This document shows, in pieces, positions 26,211 through 40,163 of a DNA stretch of 64,000 nucleotides (position 1 is its first letter; the number at the start of each line of letters is the position of its first letter). The DNA is from Octopus bimaculoides. Taxonomy: Eukaryota. The notes under the pieces are model-generated. The model saw nothing but the letters and a program-made list of their open reading frames with translations. It did not search any database and was not told the DNA's origin. The DNA lies in NCBI RefSeq assembly GCF_001194135.2, contig NC_069002.1, forward strand, positions 13,294,500 to 13,358,499, written 5' to 3'. The position numbers and the translations under genes were made by a program.

Positions 26211-27299
26211 CATCTGTCAGACGTAGGCCATGATGAATACCACAAGGTATGAAAATATGTATTCGCCTTTATATATTTAATTCTTTATATTGAACACTCG
26301 ATATTTCATATATTCAATAAGACATATTTCATATATTCAATAAGATATATTTCATATATTCAATAAGACATTCAATACTTCATTTCATTGTACCATCCAT
26401 TTTTATATTATGTATTATATATTCCATATTCTATATCCCACATTAATTTTACAAGAATATAAATAAAACATAAAAAACAGACAGAGCTGGAACTCTTTTA
26501 AATAAAATAATATATGAGAGTATATATGCATATTTGTGAATGTATGTACATATGCATGTATGTATACACACAGACATGCACATGCACACATATACTGCAT
26601 TAGTGTGTGCGTGAGAGAGAGAGAGAGAGAGAGAGAGAAAAATCCTCCCCTCTCAATTTACAGACTTCCTCGATTTCTCGCGTAATAACATGTTAACATC
26701 CTGTTGATGACCTAAAAATTATTATTAAAAACCGAACCAACCGACTAGCCGACCAACCGACCGACCAACCAACTCTTCAGCTTGTTAAGTGAATGAGTAC
26801 TTCAAATGAGTTGTTGTCATTAAATGCCATGCATTTCTAGGTTGGAACCACAAGGTATTTAAATTTTGGCTCAGTACTGAAATAGTTCCTACACTCTCAT
26901 TTGTTCAGTACTGAATGCAACTGTGTGAACTCAGTTGCTAAGCCAACTAGGGAACTTGCTCATGGTTGATGATCAGCTTCCTAGAAATCATAGCCAAATT
27001 GCTCTTAAACAGTGATAGATACATGATGTCTTTAAAAAATTGACTGGTAATGGTTAGAAAGTTTTTAATCATGTCATGTCTTTTGCATTTGTACCCTGTT
27101 GAATTAATCTCCTCGACATTTGTCTGTCATCTCTGCAAGACATTTTTTTCCAACAGCTATTTCACATCTGTTCCACAACATCTGCCTCTTCTTTTGCCAT
27201 ATACTGGTTCACTTAGTAACAGTTGATGTACAACTTCATCTTTTCTTCACCAAAAGTCTCTCACAAACTTAAGTCAGTGTTGTTTGAGAGCTTGTGTTA

Positions 27300-27720
27300 A
27301 AAATGGTAATATTTCCAGATAATAAAACTGTTTTGGTAAATGTTGCTTCCAAGAAATATTCTTCATTCTCCTTAACAACTTGTTATATATTCTGTTTAGT
27401 CTGCTTTCTATAACTTCATAAGTGTTTGGCATTTGAATCCATATATGAATATGATTTTTACTACAGTTCTAAGAAAATTAAAATGCATTTTGAGGTCATT
27501 AAGTAGATTTGACTGACATATTTTAAACATCTTGTTCATCGTTGACCATGCCAATTGGGTTCTTTTTTCACTGTTTCTCTTCTTTAAGCTTTCTATCCAC
27601 GATTCCAAGTATTTGAAATTATTTCAAGTTTACACTTTTTCATGATAAAATCCAATGTTTCCCAACCATTTTTTTCATCTATGGACCTCTTTGATTCCTA
27701 TTTTACTTGAGTGGACCCTC
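27300..27720 (-). mobile_element. Decayed RTE-like LINE reverse transcriptase fragment
   Basis: Minus strand NNFKYLESWIES...RTQLAWSTMNKMFKICQSNL...FLRTVVKIIFIYG resembles FKYLGSWI...AW-A-NKL--IWKS-L...FRA-VESVLLYG. Confidence 0.7.
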
Positions 27721-28061
27721 TTAGCTGTTCAATGCTTAAAAAATTTTATTTTATTTTTTTAATTAAATATTATAAGAAAAATCGTTAAAATATTTTGTGT
27801 ATTGTAGAAGTATAACCAATTTATTGCAAATAAATTTTATCAACAAAAGCTTACATTGACCCCCAAGGGCCATATGGACCCCCAAGGGTCATATGTACCC
27901 AAAGGGAGTTGAGAACCACTGATATAATCACTTGTTCTTGTTGACTGAAAACCATAAACTCAATCTTAGCATCATTGCAGTCTGATCTGACTGGCATCTT
28001 CTTTGACCCATTTAATTAGTCATTGAGCTTCTTTCATAAGTATTAAAAGTAAGAGATATCA

Positions 28062-28290
28062 TCATCATCATCATCATCGTCCGCTTTCCATGCTAGCATG
28101 GGTTGGACGATTTGACTGAGGACTGGTGAACCAAATAGCTACATCAGGCTCCAATCTGGTTTGGCAGAGTTTCTACAGCTGGATGCCCTTCCTAACGCCA
28201 ACCACTCCGAGAGTGTAGTGGGTGCTTTTACGTGCCACCGGCACGAAGGCCAGTCAGGCGGTACTGGCCTTCATGCCGGTGAAGAGATAT
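28062..28290 (-). mobile_element. Family E element, young copy
   Basis: (CAT)n tail, ccatgctagcatgggttggacg, ggatgcccttcctaacgccaacc; nearly identical to 30585-30780 in the opposite orientation. Confidence 0.85.
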
Positions 28291-28788
28291 ATCATTGATA
28301 TATAATCTCTGTCAGTTATAATCACAGTATTGACCAGACCATCAGCTGCTGTCTTATGCCGATGGTCACAGTAAGCCTTATGGACGCCTTCCAAGCAGTG
28401 ACTGCATGGGTCCACCTGTCGTCTGTGAACCTTGTGACCTGTCTGGCCTTGTGGGACTGGTGCTTTTGGTACTCTGTGATCACATCATTCACTCTTCTCC
28501 GTTGTCATAATAACTGTCTTTTACTACATTTGATGTGGCAGTCAGTGGTGACCAATTCAAAGTTACAATGAATAGGAACAGTGCAAGTCTATCTCCTTAC
28601 AGTACTCCGACCAGGATCTCAAAGAAATCTGTGTCACCATCAGGTGATAAAAACCCAAGTGACAGTATCTTTGTTGAGAATGTGGATTGTATCTATGATG
28701 GTTCCTGGGATACAATATGTCTTGAGAATCTACAGCAGTTTGACTCAGTAAATTGATTATAGTTCTGCTTAGTCAAGGCTGACCTAGG

Positions 28789-28820
<32 letters not shown>

Positions 28821-29607
28821 GCCTGTCTCAACATGCTGATTGTTGTCTTCACTGAAATCCATTCCATGCCCAACACCAACTATTTCTGTTTCCTCCTTAT
28901 TACTACATCTCTCACTTCCACTGTCAACCAAAGGGGAAACCACTATGCAGTCATTTGATCTGCTGAAAAATAGCAACCAAATTTAACCTCAAATCGCATT
29001 CTGCTGTCTTAAAAAACGGAGGGACATGATGCAGTCTTGGATATTCTAGAAGACTTGTTTATATAGCATACATGGCATGCTATACAAGCTCATCCACCTA
29101 TATCATTGTCAGAGCACGTAGATTATAGTAGTTCACATTTAAATCCTGTGTTTATTAAATAACACACACACACGCTTGAAGATGGTTCATTGAATCAAGT
29201 ACAAGTGAGGGATAATATATAAACAACTGTAATAACACAATTATCTCCCTTACAACTGTTTTACATCTTTCACACAGAGAAACAAAAACATTGTGTATGT
29301 GTGTATGTAGGNNNNNNNNNNGGGGGGGGGGGGTGCACGTGCAGAGTTTTCATTGTTATTGTTTTCTGTCATCTTATGTAAGCTGATCATGCAGTATCCG
29401 TTCCCCCCTCTCAGTTTTCTCTTTATATCTCTCTCTCTCCCTCCTCCTCTCATTAACACTTAGTACATTTAATCTGTCATATGGCCTTGGGTGCATTTAC
29501 CAAGCATTTGGATGTGACCTTCCGCTCACACTTACTCCTACCACCCCTACAAGAAAGAGCATCAGTGTTGTTCTTCATCCACCAAGTACCCATAATGTGT
29601 GTGTGTG

Positions 29608-29647
<40 letters not shown>

Positions 29648-29666
29648 CACCACTATCGCTCATAAC

Positions 29667-29707
<41 letters not shown>

Positions 29708-30096
29708 TACACATGCACATACATTATAGGTGCAGGGGTGGCTGTCTGGTAAGAAGCTTGCTTCCCAACCACATGGTTCCGGGTTCAGTCTCACTTCATG
29801 GCACCTTGGGCAAGTGTCTTCCACTATAACCTTGGGCTGACCAAAGCCTTGTGAGTGGATTGGATCGACAGAAACTAAAAAGGGCCCATCACACACATGC
29901 ACACACACACACACACACACATACACACACACACACATAACCAGACTGGAACCTGACGCAGCTCTCCAGCCTGCCAGCCCTGGTCAAACTGTCCAACCCA
30001 TGCCAGCATCATCATCCTTTAATGGACGTTAAAGATGATGATGATGGTGAAGGGCAATAAAGAAAACAGTTCAGTAGTTTTCATTTTTAGGGTGGT

Positions 30097-30141
<45 letters not shown>

Positions 30142-30584
30142 NNNNNNNNNNTATATATATATATATATATATATGCCTGTTTCTACCTGCTTCTTCCTCA
30201 TTAGCGTTGGTGTTTGTGTTGGTGAGACCTGCTTGCTTGTGCACACTTGTTTCTCATTTTCCACTGCTGATGTCATAACCATCATCATCATTGTAGTGGT
30301 TATAATTGTCATCGTCATCATCCATGAATGGGGTTTAATGGCCAATCCCAATCAGTCGGGATTCGCAATATGGGTCATTCTATTTTGTCCTTTTGATCGT
30401 TGAATACAAAATTTTGTCCGAGGTTGACTTTGCATTTCATCCTTTCGGGGTCGGGAAATTGTCAGTAGAGTACTGGAGTTGATGTAATCAGCTTATCCAT
30501 TCCTCCGAAATGGATGCCCTTGTGGCAAAATTTGAAATCATTATTATTATTATCATTATCATCATTATTATTATTATTAGTCGT

Positions 30585-30780
30585 GCAGGTGACACGTAAA
30601 AGCACCCACTACACTCTCGGAGTGGTTGGCGTTAGGAAGGGCATCCAGCTGTAGAAATTCTGCCAAATCAGATTGGAGCCTGGTGTTGCCATCTGGTTTC
30701 ACCAGTCCTCAGTCATATCGTCCAACCCATGCTAGCATGGAAAGCAGACGTTAAACGATGATGATGATGATGATGATGAG
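30585..30780 (+). mobile_element. Family E element, young copy
   Basis: Ends cagacgttaaacgatgatgatg; reverse complement of 28062-28290. Confidence 0.85.
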
Positions 30781-31964
30781 ATATATATANNNNNNNNNNN
30801 NNNNNNNNNNNNNNNNNNNNNNNNNNNNNNNNNNNNNNNNNNNNNNNNNNNNNNNNNNNNNNNNNNNNNNNNNNNNNNNNNNNNNNNNNNNNNNNNNNNN
30901 NNNNNNNNNNNNNNNNNNNNNNNNNNNNNNNNNNNNNNNNNNNNNNNNNNNNNNNNNNNNNNNNNNNNNNNNNNNNNNNNNNNNNNNNNNNNNNNNNNNN
31001 NNNNNNNNNNNNNNNNNNNNNNNNNNNNNNNNNNNNNNNNNNNNNNNNNNNNNNNNNNNNNNNNNNNNNNNNNNNNNNNNNNNNNNNNNNNNNNNNNNNN
31101 NNNNNNNNNNNNNNNNNNNNNNNNNNNNNNNNNNNNNNNNNNNNNNNNNNNNNNNNNNNNNNNNNNNNNNNNNNNNNNNNNNNNNNNNNNNNNNNNNNNN
31201 NNNNNNNNNNNNNNNNNNNNNNNNNNNNNNNNNNNNNNNNNNNNNNNNNNNNNNNNNNNNNNNNNNNNNNNNNNNNNNNNNNNNNNNNNNNNNNNNNNNN
31301 NNNNNNNNNNNNNNNNNNNNNNNNNNNNNNNNNNNNNNNNNNNNNNNNNNNNNNNNNNNNNNNNNNNNNNNNNNNNNNNNNNNNNNNNNNNNNNNNNNNN
31401 NNNNNNNNNNNNNNNNNNNNNNNNNNNNNNNNNNNNNNNNNNNNNNNNNNNNNNNNNNNNNNNNNNNNNNNNNNNNNNNNNNNNNNNNNNNNNNNNNNNN
31501 NNNNNNNNNNNNNNNNNNNNNNNNNNNNNNNNNNNNNNNNNNNNNAGTGCATATCTCTAAGGTTTCTTAATTGGTTTAGGCAACAATTTTTCCCCCCTTA
31601 ATTTTCTTCATTGATTAATCATGAACAAAATCTGTTTATACATGGCACTGGTACTGTTTGTGTGATGGCCACTGTCACTTTTCTTTGTGAGACACAGACC
31701 AAAAAGGGAAACAGTGACCAACTGCCTACTTATACAAGAAATGGTTAATTTATTATTCCTTTTAACTGGGGTCTTGCATGCTTAATGGGCTTAAGGCCGG
31801 AAATTTTTGGGGAGGGGACTGATACTTAATTTATCGACCCTGAAAGGGTGAAAGTCAAAGTCAACCTTGGCAGAATTTGAACTCAGAATGTAAAGATGGA
31901 TGAAATGCTGCTAAGCATTCTGCTCGGTGTATTAACGATTCTGCTCGGTGTATTAACGATTCTG

Positions 31965-32272
31965 CACAATCCTCTTAAGTACAAAATAGCCCAGCTAATG
32001 AAGATGAAGAAGATAGTGCCAATTATTGTTGGGTTCTTGGGGACAGTCTCTGAAGGCATCAAGAGGAAAACAAAGGAAATCGGAATAGAATGCCCAGTAG
32101 AATTGTTACAAAAGACTTGCCTCCTTGGCACAGACAGAATAATCAGGAAAGTATTACATAGTTGGAAAGAACAAATAGCACTGTACCGTAGGCTGCAAGC
32201 AGCAAGCCCGATACGCATGCAAGACTCCAGGAGTTCCAACAAAACCCTAGTTAAAAAGAATAATAATAAATT
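31965..32272 (+). mobile_element. 5'-truncated 3' end of an RLE-type non-LTR retrotransposon (R4/Dong/NeSL-like)
   Basis: KYKIAQLMKMKKIVPIIVGFLGTVSEGIKRKTKEIGIECPVELLQKTCLLGTDRIIRKVL matches the RLE C-terminal pattern KY--L...VP-ivGaLG...lQK--LLgta-IiRkvl; ends in an (AAT)n tail. Confidence 0.75.
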
Positions 32273-32620
32273 AACAGGAGTTAAGAAAATATTTATTTTC
32301 CTCTGAACCGTTTCTTGCATAAGAAGGCAGTTGTTCACTGGTTCCCTGTTTCGTCTGTTTCTCGCAAAGAAAAGTTATTGTTATTATTCTAAAGGGATCC
32401 AGGGTATATAGTAATTACAGTTGTGGGTGGTACATAACGAACCTATGGAAGGACACACATAGATGTAGTGAGTCACTTAATGTGAATAATCGTCACCACC
32501 TCCATCTTCTATCCCGGATCATGCTGTCTCGCTGCCGGGATCTTGTTGACTTTGTAAATCTGGCTTCAAGTCACTCACACACGTCATTATTAGAATAACT
32601 GGAGAAATTATGAAACAAGG

Positions 32621-32660
<40 letters not shown>

Positions 32661-34418
32661 CTCTCCTTCCTCCTCTAATTCTATTTAAGTGCTGTCAAAG
32701 TGGGGAGGAAAACCCACATTTAATTCCTTTTTTTTCTTTCTTTTTTTCTTTTTCTTTTACTGAGTTTTCTTTGTGGTTATTTTAGTGCTTTCTTTTTATT
32801 TTTGTTCTTGATTTTGTATTTTTTTTTAATCCCCTTTTCATGGACATTTTCAACATACTTCAGATCCACTACTATAACTTAAAAGTTACAGTCGTCGNNN
32901 NNNNNNNNNNNNNNNNNNNNNNNNNNNNNNNNNNNNNNNNNNNNNNNNNNNNNNNNNNNNNNNNNNNNNNNNNNNNNNNNNNNNNNNNNNNNNNNNNNNN
33001 NNNNNNNNNNNNNNNNNNNNNNNNNNNNNNNNNNNNNNNNNNNNNNNNNNNNNNNNNNNNNNNNNNNNNNNNNNNNNNNNNNNNNNNNNNNNNNNNNNNN
33101 NNNNNNNNNNNNNNNNNNNNNNNNNNNNNNNNNNNNNNNNNNNNNNNNCACCTCCACATTCCCTTCCCCCTCACCTCCCTCCTCCTCATCCTTCTCCTCC
33201 TCCTCCTCGCTATTTACATTTACCAAAGTTGGTATTGCATACCACTGTAATTGTTTCTTCTTCCATGTTATTAAATAAACACCGAGCTTGTGATGGATGG
33301 CGTCCTGCTTTAAGAAGCAGTTGGGGAGAACAGTGTTGTTGTTGTTGGTGGTGGGTATGGGAGAATACACATATAAATCCCACCCCCTTTTAATAAAAAT
33401 AAAATAAGAATAATAAATAGAATTGCAGACAGAAAGTCCGAAATTACAATTAATGTAAAGTTAATGTTTGGTCTAAGTTATTCAACCATAACAGAATAAA
33501 ATATTTCAAAAAATAAAGAAAACAAAAAGGCGATGGGTGTTGTGGTGAGGATGGCAGTGTTGTGGTGGTGGTGGTAGTTGTGGTGCCTGAAATAAAACAA
33601 CATTAATAAATGCATGTGTCAAGCATGTAGGTGTGGAGGTGAGAAAGGATAGAGAAATGGTGCATGTAATAGAGAAATAAAGATCCTTCCCAAGTTACAA
33701 ATAGTTTCCCAGTTTCTGTGGTGCATATATTATTCCCCTGGATGGGACGCCAGTTTGTTGCAGGATTACTCATTTTTGCCAGCTGAATGGACTGGAGTAA
33801 TGTGAAATGAAGTGTTTTGCTCAAGAACACAATGCATCGCTTGGTCCAGAAATTGAAACCACAGTCTTACAACCACGAGTAAGGTGGCGAGGTGGCAGAA
33901 TTGTTAGCACGTTGGACAGAATGCTTAGCAGTATTCTGTCTGCCCTTACGTTTTACGTTCAAATTCTGCCAAGGTTGACTTTGCCATTCATCCTTTCTGG
34001 GTTGATACTGGGGTTTGATGCAATTGACTTACCCACTCCCTCCAGAATTGCTGGCTTTGTGCCAAAATGTGAAACCAATCTTACAATCATGAGTCTCACA
34101 CCCNNNNNNNNNNNNNNNNNNNNNNNNNNNNNNNNNNNNNNNNNNNNNNNNNNNNNNNNNNNNNNNNNNNNNNNNNNNNNNNNNNNNNNNNNNNNNNNNN
34201 NNNNNNNNNNNNNNNNNNNNNNNNNNNNNNNNNNNNNNNNNNNNNNNNNNNNNNNNNNNNNNNNNNNNNNNNNNNNNNNNNNNNNNNNNNNNNNNNNNNN
34301 NNNNNNNNNNNNNNNNNNNNNNNNNNNNNNNNNNNNNNNNNNNNNNNNNNNNNNNNNNNNNNNNNNNNNNNNNNNNNNNNNNNNNNNNNNNNNNNNNNNN
34401 NNNNNNNNNNNNNNNNNN

Positions 34419-34492
<74 letters not shown>

Positions 34493-34769
34493 ACTGTCTC
34501 CTGGCCTTGATATTGCACGATAGTTGTAAACAAGTGTCACCATCATGCATGTGATGTCCTTCGTTTCCAATCTTCCATGAAGACATGATCAGAAATGTCT
34601 GGCCATGAGAAAATATTACCTTACTTGGAAACATGTGAGAATTGACAACAGGAAGGGCATCTGGCTGTAGAAAAATCTGCCTCAGCAAATTCCTTCTAAC
34701 CCATGCAAGCATGGAAAAGTGGGCTTAAAACAATATGATGATTGAATTCATATGAGCTTTCTCTTTCTT

Positions 34770-34844
<75 letters not shown>

Positions 34845-35403
34845 NNNNNNNNNNNNNNNNNNNNNNNNNNNNNNNNNNNNNNNNNNNNNNNNNNNNNNNN
34901 NNNNNNNNNNNNNNNNNNNNNNNNNNNNNNNNNNNNNNNNNNNNNNNNNNNNNNNNNNNNNNNNNNNNNNNNNNNNNNNNNNNNNNNNNNNNNNNNNNNN
35001 NNNNNNNNNNNNNNNNNNNNNNNNNNNNNNNNNNNNNNNNNNNNNNNNNNNNNNNNNNNNNNNNNNNNNNNNNNNNNNNNNNNNNNNNNNNNNNNNNNNN
35101 NNNNNNNNNNNNNNNNNNNNNNNNNNNNNNNNNNNNNNNNNNNNNNNNNNNNNNNNNNNNNNNNNNNNNNNNNNNNNNNNNNNNNNNNNNNNNNNNNNNN
35201 NNNNNNNNNNNNNNNNNNNNNNNNNNNNNNNNNNNNNNNNNNNNNNNNNNNNNNNNNNNNNNNNNNNNNNNNNNNNNNNNNNNNNNNNNNNNNNNNNNNN
35301 NNNNNNNNNNNNNNNNNNNNNNNNNNNNNNNNNNNNNNNNNNNNNNNNNNNNNNNNNNNNNNNNNNNNNNNNNNNNNNNNNNNNNNNNNNNNNNNNNNNN
35401 NNN

Positions 35404-35444
<41 letters not shown>

Positions 35445-36200
35445 AATGAAAGGCAGAATATGGAATATATGAGAATTTATTATTAATCACAATAATTGTT
35501 TTGACACATTTAGCATCGATCCTTCGTGTGTGGGACACTTAATAACTGGTTCAGGAGCATCTGGTGGTGCAGATGTGTCTCATCGGGTGATAAATAGACA
35601 CAACTCATTAAAATAACTGTTCCGCAATGTAACTTCTCATTTTGTCGAAAGGAAAGCATCTAGACGGAGGAAATCTCTTCATTTACATAGAAGATCGAAA
35701 ATAAAATCACAGATGGGAAAAAGAGAAACAAACATGTAAAACAGCGAGAGTAACTGTTAACATAATTTACTTTAAGGTATGGATGACTTAAGTTTACTGT
35801 TAACCTCCCCATTCTTACAAGCACCAAGTAGATAGTTAACTCGCTTTGTGATCATGAGCGCACCAAACCTCACGTGTGTATGCTCACATTTTCACGGACG
35901 CTTATATGAGCGAGTACACTCGTGTCATGTAGCTTGCCTGAGGGCATTTGTACATCCATATTTGTTAACGGTTATTTTTAATAATTTTCTCGCTATATTG
36001 TAATATTTCTTCTCGTCCTTGGAATACAAACAAGATAATGGTTAGATGTGTTTTCATTGGAGATTGCAACCAAATAACACTTATTCCTGCTGCACTCACT
36101 CACTTGGACAAGAAAATCAACCATGCCAACCACACCGTTCTAAAAGATCTGTGAAAGTAAGGGGCACAGTCCCTTCCTCAGGACTAAATTATTTAAAAAG

Positions 36201-36431
36201 TAAAGGAAAGTTACCTTCTCGACTCATAAGGGCCGGTTTCCTGGTTTCCATGGCATATATATTCCCCACCTGGATGGGATGCCAGTCTGTTGCAGGATTA
36301 CTCATTTTTGCCAGCTGAGTGCAACGTGGAATGAAGTGTTTTGCTCAAGAACACAATGTGTCACCTGGTCCAGGAATCAAAACCACAATCTTACGATCAT
36401 GAGTCCAACACTAACCACTAAGCCACGCACC
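36201..36431 (-). mobile_element. SINE family D (tRNA head plus ttgctccagtccactcagctg core, reminiscent of MetaSINEs)
   Basis: Sense strand gtggcttagtggttag...gtggttttgattcctgg head; related pieces at 15900-16030, 16395-16530, 24205-24330, 33715-33880 and 38980-39090. The MetaSINE link is from recall. Confidence 0.75.
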
Positions 36432-37690
36432 CCTACTATTTAAAAAATGGCTTCTAAATCTCCTATCAGCTTCCTTCAATCTTCTGCCAACCGCCAGACA
36501 AGGGAAGTTACCCTTATTCAATCCCTTTACTTCACCTCTTGCCTCTTTTAATTTTTTGATACTCTGACTTTCATTTTTACCGAATTCCCTTATGTATGTC
36601 TGTTTTAAAATAGGGTAATAGAAGAGGCCACTTAAAAGGTTAGCAACACTGCTTCAAAAGCTCTTCCAACCCATGCCAGAATAGAAAAGTGGACTTAAAA
36701 ATGCTCCCGTCGATACTGGGGATGACATTATCCTCATCATCATTTCGTTAACTGCACTAATTTAATCTCCCTCGTGTATTACACATATCTCTGATTTACA
36801 AACATCAGACAGTATTATATCTAGAATCTACGTAATTCAATGTGTCATTCCTTAAATGTAAATTGAGAGCAATTTAGCTCTTATTTCTAGTAGGTTGGAC
36901 GACTAATGGAGCTTTTACTCTGAGGTTTAGCAAAGTCTATTTAGTGTTTGTGTGAGTGTGTCAGATTGTTTCACCTGCCTCATCAACGCCACCACATTGC
37001 CTGTTGCATGTTCTGAATAGAGAATAGAACAAAATAGTTCAGTACTTTGAGGGTGTGGTGACCTTATCTGTTGTAGAAAGAATAGGGGNNNNNNNNNNNN
37101 NNNNNNNNNNNNNNNNNNNNNNNNNNNNNNNNNNNNNNNNNNNNNNNNNNNNNNNNNNNNNNNNNNNNNNNNNNNNNNNNNNNNNNNNNNNNNNNNNNNN
37201 NNNNNNNNNNNNNNTTTGTTTTGTTTTGTTTTTCATGTTTGCATGCCATTTCTAGCTACAACCACTTTATCTAAGAAGGTGGTGGCACTGATGAATTCTG
37301 TCTCACACACACGCACACACACACACAAACGAGCATGCGCGTACACACACACAAACGAGCATGCGCGTACACACACACACATACACAACACACACACATA
37401 CACACACACACATACACACACACAAACAAAAGAATGTTTGCTAAATAGAATTAAAATAGGATTTGGGTGGTAGTAGTCATAGCAGTAGTGGTGTTGTTGT
37501 TAGTGGTAGGTGCAGCTGTGTTGGTGGTGGTGGGGACGGTGGTATGTTTTCTTCTGTAGCCCTGAACCAACCGAGGTTTTGTGAGTAGATGGAAACTGAA
37601 AGAAGCCCATCATGTATATAAATGTGCAAGTATCTAATTTTGAAAATGATTAAAAATTTGGATGGATTTAGTCAACTAACTTTGTCATTA

Positions 37691-38050
37691 CAGTAACCCC
37701 TCAATCATTACAGGTGTTACATTCCCAAAACCCCTGCGATAGGTGAAAATCTGCGAAATGGAAACAGTACTGTGCTGTATATTTTTAAAATTATTTTTAT
37801 AATTTGTTTATATTTATTTTATCAATTGCAGCGTGGAAGGTGTTTATAAGCCATTTAAATGGCTTAAAAGCACCTTCCACGCTGCAATTGTTTTTGTTCC
37901 AGCACACGATCTCAGATCAGGTCACTTGCTATGCAAGTACATCTCTGTAATTTATTTTATCATAAATGCAAAACAACACCATAGAGGAATCAACATAAGC
38001 TTAAATAATGAACTATGATAAGCGAACTGCGATATGGTGAGGGATCACTG
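37691..38050. mobile_element. Pogo/Tigger-like MITE
   Basis: ta|cagtaacccctc...gagggatcactg|ta TIRs with TA duplication; Tigger-like subterminal motifs. Confidence 0.75.
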
Positions 38051-38323
38051 TAGTGGGTTGCTGTTTGGAATATAACAAGAAGTTCATAAATAAAACATAA
38101 TGGAAGATTTTCTTTTAGTTTAGATAAGAACTTTTTTTTTTTTAAATGAGAAATTTTCTGTTATAAAACCAGAAGTAGTCTCANNNNNNNNNNNNNNNNN
38201 NNNNNNNNNNNNNNNNNNNNNNNNNNNNNNNNNNNNNNNNNNNNNNNNNNNNNNNNNNNNNNNNNNNNNNNNNNNNNNNNNNNNNNNNNNNNNNNNNNNN
38301 NNNNNNNNNNNNNNNNNNNNNNN

Positions 38324-38669
38324 CGGTCATAGGATCGCGGTTTCGATTCCCAGACCGGGCGTTGTGAGTGTTTATTGAGCGAAAACACCTAAAGCTCCAC
38401 AAGGCTCCGGCAGGGGATGGTGGCGAACCCTGCTGTACTCTTCCACCACAACTTTCTCTCACTCTTACTTCCTGTTTCTGTTGTGCCTGTAATTCAAAGG
38501 GTCAGCCTTGTCACACTGTGTCACACTGAATATCCCCGAGAACTACGTTAAGGGTACACGTGTCTGTGGAGTGCTCAGCCACTTGCACGTTAATTTCACG
38601 AGCAAGTTGTTCCGTTGATCAGATCAACTGGAACCCTTGACGTCGTAAGCGACGGAGTGCCAACAACAA
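38324..38669 (+). mobile_element. SINE family C copy (head lost in the N gap)
   Basis: Near identical to 12258-12604. Confidence 0.9.
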
Positions 38670-39428
38670 TAGGCTCAACTCAGTTAGTGTTAAAAGGGTT
38701 TAGTTAAAAAGCAATTTTAGACTTCATTTTATCTTCAGTTCATCATCATCATTTAATGTCTCCTGTTCTATGCTAGTATGGGTTGGCTGGTTCAACCAGG
38801 ATCTGACAGATCCAAGGGTTGCATTGTGTTCCAGTGTTCATGTGATCGTGTGAGCGACCAGGCTATCAGATGTTGTTATACACTGCTGGACACAATGTAT
38901 TTTTGCATTGTTTTAGCCTTCAAGTAACGCCACCCCACTGACTTGATGAGCAGGTCAACATTCCCCCCTGATCAAAAGAGGGTCTGGAGCAATGTGAAAT
39001 GAAGTGTCTTGCTCAAGAACACAACACGCTGCCCAGCCAGGGAATCAAACCAGCAATCAGGAGTACAACAGCCTAACTACTAAGCGAAACACCTTCATTT
39101 CCAGTGTTATCTTCCTAAAACCCAGTGTATTCCACCATATCCTCCTCATATTCTCATTGTATTTTCTTTTCTTTTTTTTTATATTTTTATTTCAAATTTT
39201 GGTTTATGCAGTGTTTTTTTTCGTTTTCTTTTTGTCTTGTTTTCAAACCTGAGGTTAGCATTCTTGGCACAGTTTCTTACAACAAACTGTTTTCTTTCTC
39301 TAACCTTCTTTCTCTAATCCATTCAAGAATATATCTGACACAAGTTGTTGTTGTTTTCTACTGTGTTTGTTTATTTAGTAAATATAAATGATTTTAATGA
39401 CTCATTGTGAGGTCATAGCTAGTCATGC

Positions 39429-39462
<34 letters not shown>

Positions 39463-39887
39463 TATCTATATTGGTGCAGGAATGACTGTGTGGATTTGGA
39501 AGCTTTCTTCCCAACAATGTGGTCTTAGGTTCAGTCCCTCAGCGTGGCACTATGGGCAAGTGTTTTCTACTATAGCCCCAGACCAACCAATTCCTTGTGA
39601 GTGAATTTGGTAGATGAAAACTGAAAGAAGCCTGCCATGTATACACACACACATGCACACGTATATAAGCAACAAAATTTTTTGAAATAACTGACTATAA
39701 GGAATAAATGAATGATTATCCAATCAATACTTGGAATTAATGATAGTTTGCGTCTAAATTAAAGTACAGCTCCACATCATTAAACTTTGATTAGTTCAAT
39801 CTGAAAGGATATTAAAGTGAAGACCCTGAAGAAACTGCACCCGTATTAGAGTAATGCTGCAATTGCAATGGTTACTAACCAAATACA

Positions 39888-39929
<42 letters not shown>

Positions 39930-40122
39930 CGCTTTTACATGTGGGTTTCAGTATTTGTCTCACACTAATTATCTACATTAATTACAAAAAAAAAAAAAGT
40001 AATGAAAAAATATTAAAAAAATATTTAATTAAACAAATTTGACACATTCAGAAAATAATAAAGAAAAAATTAGAGAATTTCTCAGTTTTTTATTTGTTAT
40101 CATCATCATCATCATCATGATT

Positions 40123-40163
<41 letters not shown>

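Noticed and set aside
31965-32272. RLE element as the mobilising partner of SINE B
   Set aside because: Its sense-strand tail is (AAT)n while SINE B ends in (ATT)n, and no shared 3' sequence was seen
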